Source: an uncultured Bacteroidales bacterium (GTDB lineage Bacteria > Bacteroidota > Bacteroidia > Bacteroidales > UBA12077). Taken from it: a DNA stretch of 64,000 nucleotides. Position 1 is the first letter of the stretch. Each line of letters opens with the position of its first letter. A program made the translations under genes and the position numbers. Shown piece after piece: positions 57,015 through 64,000 of this stretch. A model generated the notes under the pieces. The model was not told the origin of the DNA, did no database searches, and worked only from the letters and a program-made list of their open reading frames with translations. The stretch lies in NCBI GenBank assembly GCA_964450375.1, contig CAYVEW010000001.1, positions 9,512 through 73,511 on the forward strand, given 5' to 3'.

Positions 57015-58454
57015 TTATTTTTTTGGTTTTAAACCAAGGCTTTTACCATATTCAATCATGAAATGATATGCATCCTGGTAGTTATTTCTTATTTCACCTT
57101 CCAATATGGCTTCTTTAATTGCATTCTTAATATCGCCAACCGTTTTGCAAGGCTTCAAATCAAATATTTCAATTATTTCTTCGCCCGAAACCGGAGGCTG
57201 AAAATTGCGGATTGCATCTCTTTCTTCCAGTTCAATTAGTTTTTGCCTTACCCGCTGAAAATTTGCCAGATGCTTTTGCACGGTAATTTCGTTTTTCGAT
57301 GTAATATCCGCTTCACATAGCATCATTAAATCATCGATATCATCACCGGCATCGAACAGCAACCTTCGAACTGCCGAATCAGTTACAATATCCTCCGAAA
57401 GAATAATCGGACGCAAATGGAGTTGCACCAACTTTTGAACATACTTCATTTTTTCATTTAAAGGCAATTTCAGCTTTTTAAAAATCGGAGGAATCATTTT
57501 AGCGCCTTGAAACTCATGTCCATGAAATGTCCAACCAACACCATCCACAAATTTTTTTGTTTTTGGTTTAGCAATATCGTGCAGTAAACCAGCCCATAAC
57601 AACCATAAATTATCAGTCTTTGTTCGCAGATTATCTAGCACTTCGACGGTATGATAAAAATTATCTTTGTGCATTTTGCCTTCCTTCGAATCAACGCCTT
57701 TTAGTTTTTGTAGCTCGGGAAAGAATTCTTTCAACAATCCTGTATCCTCAAGCATCTTTAATCCAACAGAAGGTTTTGGCGATAGTAATATTTTGTTTAA
57801 TTCATCAACAATTCGCTCTTGCGACAATATTTTTACCCGATGTTTATTTTTACTGATCGAATGATAGGTTTCGCTTTCGATCGAAAATCCCAATTGTGAT
57901 GCAAAACGAACAGCCCTGAACATTCGCAACGGGTCATCGGAAAAAGTAGTATCCGGTTCGAGTGGTGTGCGTATAATTTTATTATTTAGATCTTCGACCC
58001 CATTAAATGGATCAATTAACTGGCCATAAGTTTTGCGATTTAACGAAATTGCCAAGGCATTAATTGTAAAATCCCTTCGATTCTGATCATCTTCGATGGT
58101 TCCGTTTTCAACAATTGGTTTTCGCGAATTTGTTCTGTACGACTCTTTACGTGCCCCAACAAACTCAATTTCAAAATCGCCATAACGAAACATGGCTGTT
58201 CCAAAGTTTTTAAAAACACTAACTTTTATCTTAGGATTGATTTGTTTAGCTACTTTTTCGGCAATATCAATCCCGCTTCCTATAACAACAACATCAATAT
58301 CTTTTGAAGGCCGATTTAAAAACTGATCGCGCACAAATCCCCCAATAACAAATACTGGGATGTTTTCCTGCTCTGCAACCGAACTTATTACATTAAAAAT
58401 CGGATCATTAAGACATTTCTTCATATGTATATATGACAATTCATTAAAATTCAT
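57015..58454 (-). CDS. cca: tRNA nucleotidyltransferase (CCA-adding) / poly(A) polymerase family protein with HD domain
   Basis: 479 aa. '[22 protein letters not shown]' head domain, '[10 protein letters not shown]', '[15 protein letters not shown]', and the HD region 'LLHDIAKP'. Confidence 0.88.
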   Translation of the reverse strand: MNFNELSYIHMKKCLNDPIFNVISSVAEQENIPVFVIGGFVRDQFLNRPSKDIDVVVIGSGIDIAEKVAKQINPKIKVSVFKNFGTAMFRYGDFEIEFVGARKESYRTNSRKPIVENGTIEDDQNRRDFTINALAISLNRKTYGQLIDPFNGVEDLNNKIIRTPLEPDTTFSDDPLRMFRAVRFASQLGFSIESETYHSISKNKHRVKILSQERIVDELNKILLSPKPSVGLKMLEDTGLLKEFFPELQKLKGVDSKEGKMHKDNFYHTVEVLDNLRTKTDNLWLLWAGLLHDIAKPKTKKFVDGVGWTFHGHEFQGAKMIPPIFKKLKLPLNEKMKYVQKLVQLHLRPIILSEDIVTDSAVRRLLFDAGDDIDDLMMLCEADITSKNEITVQKHLANFQRVRQKLIELEERDAIRNFQPPVSGEEIIEIFDLKPCKTVGDIKNAIKEAILEGEIRNNYQDAYHFMIEYGKSLGLKPKK

Positions 58455-58597
58455 GACAAAATTACAATTATTTGCATTGATTTTGAACTAATCCTATGTT
58501 TTTCGTGTTTGGAATATAGTTTGCAATACTGTTACAAAATTTATATATTAACATTTTTAGAAATGTAAATTATTTTAATAACATAAAACAAAACGTA

Positions 58598-58954
58598 ATG
58601 CTAGAACATTTAACAAAAGACACATTTAAAGAAAAAGTTTTCAACTTTGAAGAAAACAAAGACTGGAAATTTGAAGGAAGCAAGCCCTGTATGATTGACT
58701 TTTATGCCGACTGGTGCCAACCTTGTAAAATGGTTGCTCCTATTCTGGAAGAACTACAACAAGAATACGATGGTAAATTAGATATATATAAAGTAGATAC
58801 TGAAGATCAGCAAGAATTAGCAGCTATGTTTGGAATCAGAAGCATACCATCATTATTATTTGTACCGGTAGACGGACAGCCACAAATGGCACAGGGAGCT
58901 TTACCAAAAGATTCTTTTAAACAAGCAATTAAGGACGTATTAAAAGTTGAGTAA
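58598..58954 (+). CDS. trxA: Thioredoxin
   Basis: 118 aa. 'DFYADWCQPCK' (CxxC active site) and 'GIRSIPSLLF'. Confidence 0.9.
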   Translation: MLEHLTKDTFKEKVFNFEENKDWKFEGSKPCMIDFYADWCQPCKMVAPILEELQQEYDGKLDIYKVDTEDQQELAAMFGIRSIPSLLFVPVDGQPQMAQGALPKDSFKQAIKDVLKVE

Positions 58955-58983
58955 TCATTCTCAATTAGCACCATAACAAATTT

Positions 58984-59010
58984 ATGCCGGTATTTTACCG
59001 GCATTTTTTG
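58984..59010 (+). terminator. Rho-independent terminator of the thioredoxin gene
   Basis: ATGCCGG (58984-58990) / CCGGCAT (58998-59004), followed by TTTTTT. Confidence 0.85.
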
Positions 59011-59044
59011 TTTCATAAATATTTTGTCTACCTTTGTACCGATC

Positions 59045-59125
59045 AATCAATGGGGTGCCGAATATACAGGCTGAGATCATACCCTTCGAACCTGGTCCGG
59101 GTAATGCCGGATAGGGAAAAGAGTA
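59045..59125 (+). promoter_or_regulatory. TPP (thiamine pyrophosphate, THI-box) riboswitch aptamer
   Basis: GGGGUGCC...GGCUGAGAUCAUACCCUUCGAACCUGGUCCGGGUAAUGCCGGAUAGGGAA reproduces the conserved TPP aptamer blocks in order: GGGGUGC, CUGAGA, ACCC, AACCUGAUCUGGAUAAUGCCAG, AGGGAA. The boundaries are approximate. Confidence 0.88.
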
Positions 59126-59317
59126 AATCAAAAAATGTTCCCATTGTTTTTCATTAAAGTTGATACATGCAGTTTGCTTTTAGAAGTAAACTTTAATCAT
59201 TATTTAATAAAAACAATGATTTTAATGAGGCCTCGAGTATACTTTTTTAAGTACTGTACTATCAACTATCCGAATGTTAAACCTGTCTGACTAAAGGCAG
59301 ACAATAAAAAATGAAAA

Positions 59318-61804
59318 ATGAAAAGGATAGGATTTGCAGTCATTTTATTATTTATGACACTAAGTATTTTTGCTCAACAACAAATTGTTGGGAAAGTTAA
59401 AAACGCCTCAGGAGAGCTTCTTATAGGAGCGAATGTTTTTATTAAAGATCTTAATAAGGGAGTATCAACCAATGCAAACGGTATTTTTACTTTCAATAAC
59501 ATTACCCCAAAAACGTACACTTTTGTAGTAAGTTACGTTGGATATAAATCTTTGGAAACAATGATTTCAAAAGAGAATCAAAAAAATCTCGAATTTGTTC
59601 TCGATGTAAACAACATTGTTTCGGAAGAAGTAATAGTTACAGCAACACGTGCTGGTAGCAAAACCCCAATGGCTATTACCAATATGGGGATTAATGAAAT
59701 CACAAAAAACAATACCGGAAGTGATGTGCCGTATCTTTTAAGCACAATACCATCATTAGTAGAAACATCTGAATCAGGTATTGGAATTGGATACACCAGC
59801 ATGCGTATTCGTGGTATTGATCCAACCCGAATAAATGTTACCATTAACGGAATTCCGTATAATGATGCCGAATCGCAAGGAGCGTACTGGGTTAACCTAC
59901 CCGACTTTGCATCTTCAGTACAGGATATACAGGTACAACGCGGTGTAGGATCTTCAACCAACGGAGCTGGAGCTTTTGGTGCTACGGTTAATTTAAGAAC
60001 AAAAATGGTGCATCACGATCCTTATACCGAATTAAATACCTCATACGGATCATTTAATACGTTTAAAAGCAATGTGCAGGTAGGAACAGGATTAATAAAT
60101 GATCATTTTAGTTTTGATGCAAGACTATCAAAAGTACAAACCGATGGATATGTCGATTATTCGTTTTCTGATCATGAATCGTTTTTTGTTTCAGGAACCT
60201 ATTATTCCAATAAAAACTTAATAAAAGCAAATGTTTTTAGAGGAAAAGAACGAACCGGAATTAGTTGGTGGGGTGTTCCGGAAGAACTATTGGAAGTTGA
60301 CAGAACCTATAATCCTGCTGGCCAGTATACTGATTTCGCAGGCAATGAAAAATATTACAAAGACCAAACAGATAATTATACCCAAACTCATTACCAGTTA
60401 TTAATGTCGCATGAATTTAGTAAAAAACTAAATTTAAATTTTGCCTTGCACTATACAAAGGGCGAAGGATATTACGAACAATATAAGGAAAGTGATGATT
60501 TCGCCGATTATAATTTATCGAATATTAATATTGGCGATACAGTTCTTTTTATTGGTTCACAAGCTCTTGTTTTTCCCGACAGTACCATTGCCAGTTCCGA
60601 TATCATTAGAAGAAAATGGATGGATAATGATTTTTATGGCTTTACTTATTCGCTAAACTACGATCTAAATAAGCTGGATATCACTATTGGTGGCTCGTGG
60701 AATAAATACGATGGCGATCATTATGGAACCATTCTTTGGTCGGAATTTGGAAATAATTTTGCAAAAGATCATGAATGGTATACAAACAATGGAACCAAAA
60801 CAGATTTTAATGTATTTGGGAAAGCGACCTATTCCTTGTTATCAAACCTTTATTTATACGGCGACATACAATATAGAACATTATCGTATAAGATGACTGG
60901 TTTTGATGATGATTTTAAAGACTTAACACAGTCGCACCACTATGATTTTATAAATCCTAAAGCGGGTATTTTTTACGATATAAACCAAAATTTGAGTTCA
61001 TATTTCTCGATAGCTATAGCCAACCGGGAACCAACCCGAAGTGATTTTAAAAATGCAATTGGTGATGCATCGGCAATGCCAAAACATGAAACATTGTATG
61101 ATTTTGAATTAGGAGGTCATTACAAATCATCTAATTATTTTTTATCGGTTAATCTTTATTATATGAAATACAAAGATCAGCTGGTTAATACGGGTGAATT
61201 AAGCAATGTGGGTTATGCTATACAAACCAATGTTGAAGATAGCTACCGGGCCGGAATCGAGATTATGAGTAATTATAAACTTAATGATTTTTTAAACTGG
61301 CAGTTAAATCTTACCCTAAGTAGCAACAAAATAAATAATTTCATAGAATATTCAACTTACTATGATACCACATGGTCTGATATCGGAAATCTGCCACGAA
61401 AATTAGGAACCACAAATATTTCTTATTCACCTGCAATTATTGGATCAAACACCATTTTGTTAAAACCATTTAAGCTTTTTGAAATAAGCTTAATTAGTAA
61501 ATATGTAGGTAAACAATATTTTGATAATACTTCGAGTACAGACAGAATGCTTAACCCCTATTTTATTAATAATTTAAAACTTAGCTATACGCCAAAAATA
61601 AAATTTGCAAAGAATATCATTGTCTTCTTACAAGTTAATAATCTATTTAATGTTGAATATGAAAGTAATGCTTATGGAGGCAACTGGTACGAAAATGTAG
61701 CCGACCCAAACAGCTATGTTGAGCAAGGACAAGAAGGAAGCTGGGCCTATTATTATCCGCAAGCAGGAATAAACTTTTTAGGCGGAATAAGCATAAGACT
61801 TTAA
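59318..61804 (+). CDS. TonB-dependent outer membrane receptor with N-terminal carboxypeptidase-regulatory-like domain
   Basis: 828 aa with a signal peptide (IFAQQ). 'GKVKNASGELLIGANVFIK...' is the CarbopepD_reg-like region. The plug region is 'VTATRAGSKTPMAITN...MRIRGID...NVTINGIPYND'. The C-terminal residues are beta-barrel-like (ISIRL). Confidence 0.9.
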   Translation: MKRIGFAVILLFMTLSIFAQQQIVGKVKNASGELLIGANVFIKDLNKGVSTNANGIFTFNNITPKTYTFVVSYVGYKSLETMISKENQKNLEFVLDVNNIVSEEVIVTATRAGSKTPMAITNMGINEITKNNTGSDVPYLLSTIPSLVETSESGIGIGYTSMRIRGIDPTRINVTINGIPYNDAESQGAYWVNLPDFASSVQDIQVQRGVGSSTNGAGAFGATVNLRTKMVHHDPYTELNTSYGSFNTFKSNVQVGTGLINDHFSFDARLSKVQTDGYVDYSFSDHESFFVSGTYYSNKNLIKANVFRGKERTGISWWGVPEELLEVDRTYNPAGQYTDFAGNEKYYKDQTDNYTQTHYQLLMSHEFSKKLNLNFALHYTKGEGYYEQYKESDDFADYNLSNINIGDTVLFIGSQALVFPDSTIASSDIIRRKWMDNDFYGFTYSLNYDLNKLDITIGGSWNKYDGDHYGTILWSEFGNNFAKDHEWYTNNGTKTDFNVFGKATYSLLSNLYLYGDIQYRTLSYKMTGFDDDFKDLTQSHHYDFINPKAGIFYDINQNLSSYFSIAIANREPTRSDFKNAIGDASAMPKHETLYDFELGGHYKSSNYFLSVNLYYMKYKDQLVNTGELSNVGYAIQTNVEDSYRAGIEIMSNYKLNDFLNWQLNLTLSSNKINNFIEYSTYYDTTWSDIGNLPRKLGTTNISYSPAIIGSNTILLKPFKLFEISLISKYVGKQYFDNTSSTDRMLNPYFINNLKLSYTPKIKFAKNIIVFLQVNNLFNVEYESNAYGGNWYENVADPNSYVEQGQEGSWAYYYPQAGINFLGGISIRL

Positions 61805-61813
61805 TCGACAATT

Positions 61814-61850
61814 AAATAAGGAGCGACTATGTACTCCTTATTTATTTTGA
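61814..61850 (+). terminator. Rho-independent terminator of the receptor gene
   Basis: 10-bp stem AAATAAGGAG (61814-61823) / CTCCTTATTT (61834-61843). T-rich tail ATTTTGA. Confidence 0.75.
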
Positions 61851-61873
61851 TTATAAATTAAAAATATATTTTT

Positions 61874-61902
61874 CTGAAACATTTAGCTGGTAAATGTTTC
61901 AG
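61874..61902. other. Perfect 12-bp inverted repeat (hairpin) in a non-coding region
   Basis: CTGAAACATTTA (61874-61885), loop GCTGG, TAAATGTTTCAG (61891-61902). Confidence 0.6.
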
Positions 61903-62077
61903 GATTTTTAACAAATTTTAATGAAAAAAACAAGTTTTTTGCGAAACAATTATGCAACAAAAGCGTTAAAGTAATTAGAAGTTAATTCTGTGCTAATTTA
62001 CTTAGCAATAGCGAGTAAAGTTTTTGTAAGGACAGTTTTTTCATTTAAATTTTAGGTTTAATTTTTAGGGTATTAAG

Positions 62078-62110
62078 AAAGTCAGGAACAGCAGGTTTCT
62101 GGCTTTTTTA
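62078..62110. terminator. Hairpin with T6 run: plus-strand terminator-like, also 25 nt downstream of the minus-strand DUF3267-like gene
   Basis: Stem of about 12 bp (AAAGTCAGGAAC / GTTTCTGGCTTT with two G-U pairs), loop AGCAG, plus-strand tail TTTTTTA. The minus-strand tail is weaker (TTCTTAAT). Confidence 0.5.
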
Positions 62111-62128
62111 ATTTTACTGCTTTTGCCG

Positions 62129-62695
62129 TTATTTTTCCTTAATTTCTCTTATAAAGCCCATTTTCTTAGGATGGTCTGAAATATACATCTGATTGTCTAA
62201 TTTCCGTAACATATAAAGTGCAATCATGTCTCCACCAGCTGTCCATGTGAAGAATATTCCAAAACTTAAAATTCCACCGTGTCCAATTACTAAACCGATA
62301 ATTGAAGGAATTATCCCCATTACAATTAGCGGCATTGCACATCCGATTTTATAATGCTTTACTTTTAATGGTTCTTTGCAATGACAATAAGGGGTAAGAA
62401 ATTGCCATTTTACTCCAAATTCTATTGATTTCATTCCATTTGATGCAAAGTACCCCCAGGTTAATCCATGCAGTAATTCATGTAAAACAATCCCTCCAAG
62501 TATGTAGAGAAAGAAATAATCATAAAAAATTTCTTTCCCGGCCTTAAATGTTTCATAATCCCATATCAGTATAAAAGGAATAAGAATTATTGCAGTTAAT
62601 GGTATAATTAATAGCAAAGCAATTAAGTTCACTTTCCCCATTCCCATTGTATATTCTTCTATCTTTTTATTATCATCATTGATAAGCTTGTCCAT
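62129..62695 (-). CDS. Membrane protein with HExxH motif (DUF3267 / putative zincin-like)
   Basis: 188 aa with 4 TM segments. 'HELLHGLTW' sits at a membrane interface. Family recall only. Confidence 0.6.
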   Translation of the reverse strand: MDKLINDDNKKIEEYTMGMGKVNLIALLLIIPLTAIILIPFILIWDYETFKAGKEIFYDYFFLYILGGIVLHELLHGLTWGYFASNGMKSIEFGVKWQFLTPYCHCKEPLKVKHYKIGCAMPLIVMGIIPSIIGLVIGHGGILSFGIFFTWTAGGDMIALYMLRKLDNQMYISDHPKKMGFIREIKEK

Positions 62696-62853
62696 AATCT
62701 TCTTTAATATGCTGGTAAATTAATACTTGTGTTAGTAGCTCTATTAAACATTAACAGAGTAGAGCACATGTCTGTTATGGATTTGTTTCACAGAACTGGT
62801 TTTAAAGTTTATTTCGTTAGCACTCAAGCATAGTTGAACATGATCTTCACATC

Positions 62854-63243
62854 TTACTTCCAATTCTTTATTATTTCTTCTTTTCTGAATTTAACCATCC
62901 TACTAATCAGGTCTTTCGGTAAAGGTTTGTTAAACGGAAACTGCACTGAACCTTTCCCATGCTTATAATCTTTTAATTCATCCGAAAACTTTTCAATTGT
63001 GCTTGGGTAAGGATAAAACCCGACAAATTTTGCATATCCTGCAATCATAATTTGTTGATCTCTTTTTCCTCCAGAAACTAATGAAAAAGAAGGTACTTTG
63101 TAATTCAGAATCTCAATTGCTTCAGGAGCAGCTTCTTTAATAATGCTTCTCAACTCTTGTAATACTTTCTGAGCCTCTTTCGGTTGACTGTCTATATAAT
63201 CGTCAATTGTTTCGAAATTTGGCATTGATCCTTTTTTACCCAT
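62854..63243 (-). CDS. DUF1801 (YdhG-like) domain protein
   Basis: 129 aa. 'IDDYIDSQPKEAQKVLQELRSIIKEAAPEAIE...YKVPSF', 'GSVQFPFNKPLP' and 'LISRMVKFRKEE' fit the family pattern. Confidence 0.7.
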   Translation of the reverse strand: MGKKGSMPNFETIDDYIDSQPKEAQKVLQELRSIIKEAAPEAIEILNYKVPSFSLVSGGKRDQQIMIAGYAKFVGFYPYPSTIEKFSDELKDYKHGKGSVQFPFNKPLPKDLISRMVKFRKEEIIKNWK

Positions 63244-63275
63244 TTGATTTTAGTTTTTTGAAATTATAATACATG

Positions 63276-63944
63276 TCATATTAATAATACACCCCATTCT
63301 GTAATAACATATCCATCTCTAATAAAAATATCAATTGCTGGAGCTATCAATTTATCCTGTAGCTGATAATGCCCTTTGATGACATAGAAAAGTCTCAAAA
63401 TACTATCGTATTGCTTAGATAAATCCAGTTGGATTACATTATCGATTATTTCTTTTGTTTGTGGATAAATTGAATATACTGGATAATCCTTGAGTCGTGG
63501 AATCCAATAATCAATAAAATCATTAATTTCTCTATTATTGAATCCATAATCAGACAAATTTGTTTTAAAGAACGACTCTAACTCTTCAGTCCTGATGGTC
63601 CATCCATAATTTCTTTGCCAAACATCAGGTTGTGTACTTTCATAAAATAAATAAGAATAAGTGTTATTTATTAATCCAGATGTATCAACCAAAACATTCC
63701 AACCATTTCCATATTCAGGAATTGACATAACAATTTTTCCCCCCATTGGAAAACTAATTTTTACAGATAATTCAATTTGTTCCTTTGGATAGATGTATAT
63801 ATTTGGTTTATAGACTACAATGCACGAGTCACATTCATCATCATCATCAGGATCATCATCAGGATCACAGCTTAGTATAGGAATTGATAGCACCATATAA
63901 ATCAGAAATAATAATGGTAATCCTAAAATTTTTATTGTATTCAT
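63276..63944 (-). CDS. Lipoprotein of unknown function with an acidic Asp/Pro linker
   Basis: 222 aa. Lipobox 'ILSC' followed by DPDDDPDDDDECDSC. No family recognised. Confidence 0.5.
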   Translation of the reverse strand: MNTIKILGLPLLFLIYMVLSIPILSCDPDDDPDDDDECDSCIVVYKPNIYIYPKEQIELSVKISFPMGGKIVMSIPEYGNGWNVLVDTSGLINNTYSYLFYESTQPDVWQRNYGWTIRTEELESFFKTNLSDYGFNNREINDFIDYWIPRLKDYPVYSIYPQTKEIIDNVIQLDLSKQYDSILRLFYVIKGHYQLQDKLIAPAIDIFIRDGYVITEWGVLLI

Positions 63945-64000
63945 ATCTCTTTTTTTTACGATAAATTATCTATTCATCAAGATTGTCCCAATTGAAATTA

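Noticed and set aside
59578-59961. 127-aa ORF antisense to the TonB-dependent receptor plug region
   Set aside because: It is embedded in a conserved plug domain on the other strand and shows no motifs. I treat it as spurious.
63830-63866. GATCATCATCAG-type short tandem repeat
   Set aside because: It encodes the Asp/Pro acidic linker (DPDDDPDDDDE) of the lipoprotein. It is too short and too coding-constrained to call a repeat locus, although it could be slippage-prone.

Overview
Visibly AT-rich chromosomal segment of a Bacteroidota-type genome. Supporting signs are a T9SS C-terminal sorting domain on a subtilase, a TonB-dependent receptor, ExbB-ExbD-TonB, TPR-histidine kinases and TAnnTTTG-type promoter boxes. 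Coding density is high and most genes are core housekeeping: guaB, recQ-family helicase, rlmI-like methyltransferase, yaaA, tsaD, tamB-like, exbB/exbD/tonB, ilvE, dcp, csp, panB, dnaK, xseA/xseB, aspA, cca-like and thioredoxin. I saw no rRNA or tRNA genes, no CRISPR array, and no transposase, integrase or phage genes. One cis-regulatory RNA is clear: a TPP riboswitch at about 59045-59125, ahead of a TonB-dependent receptor. Several intrinsic terminators are readable. The most promising candidates for undescribed biology are these. (1) A terminator-bounded three-ORF cassette at 50611-51988: a 43-aa membrane peptide, a 95-aa orphan protein, and a cytoplasmic trypsin-fold protein that keeps GNSGSP but seems to lack the usual His and Asp motifs. 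(2) An aspartate ammonia-lyase fused to an N-terminal cyclic-nucleotide-binding-like domain. (3) xseA and xseB split by two paralogous orphan TPR-histidine kinases, with the xseB start overlapping the second kinase stop. (4) A VTC / DUF4956 / secreted CotH-like kinase trio that converges on a secreted PPP-type phosphatase. All functional calls come from motif recognition by eye. No database search or alignment was run.
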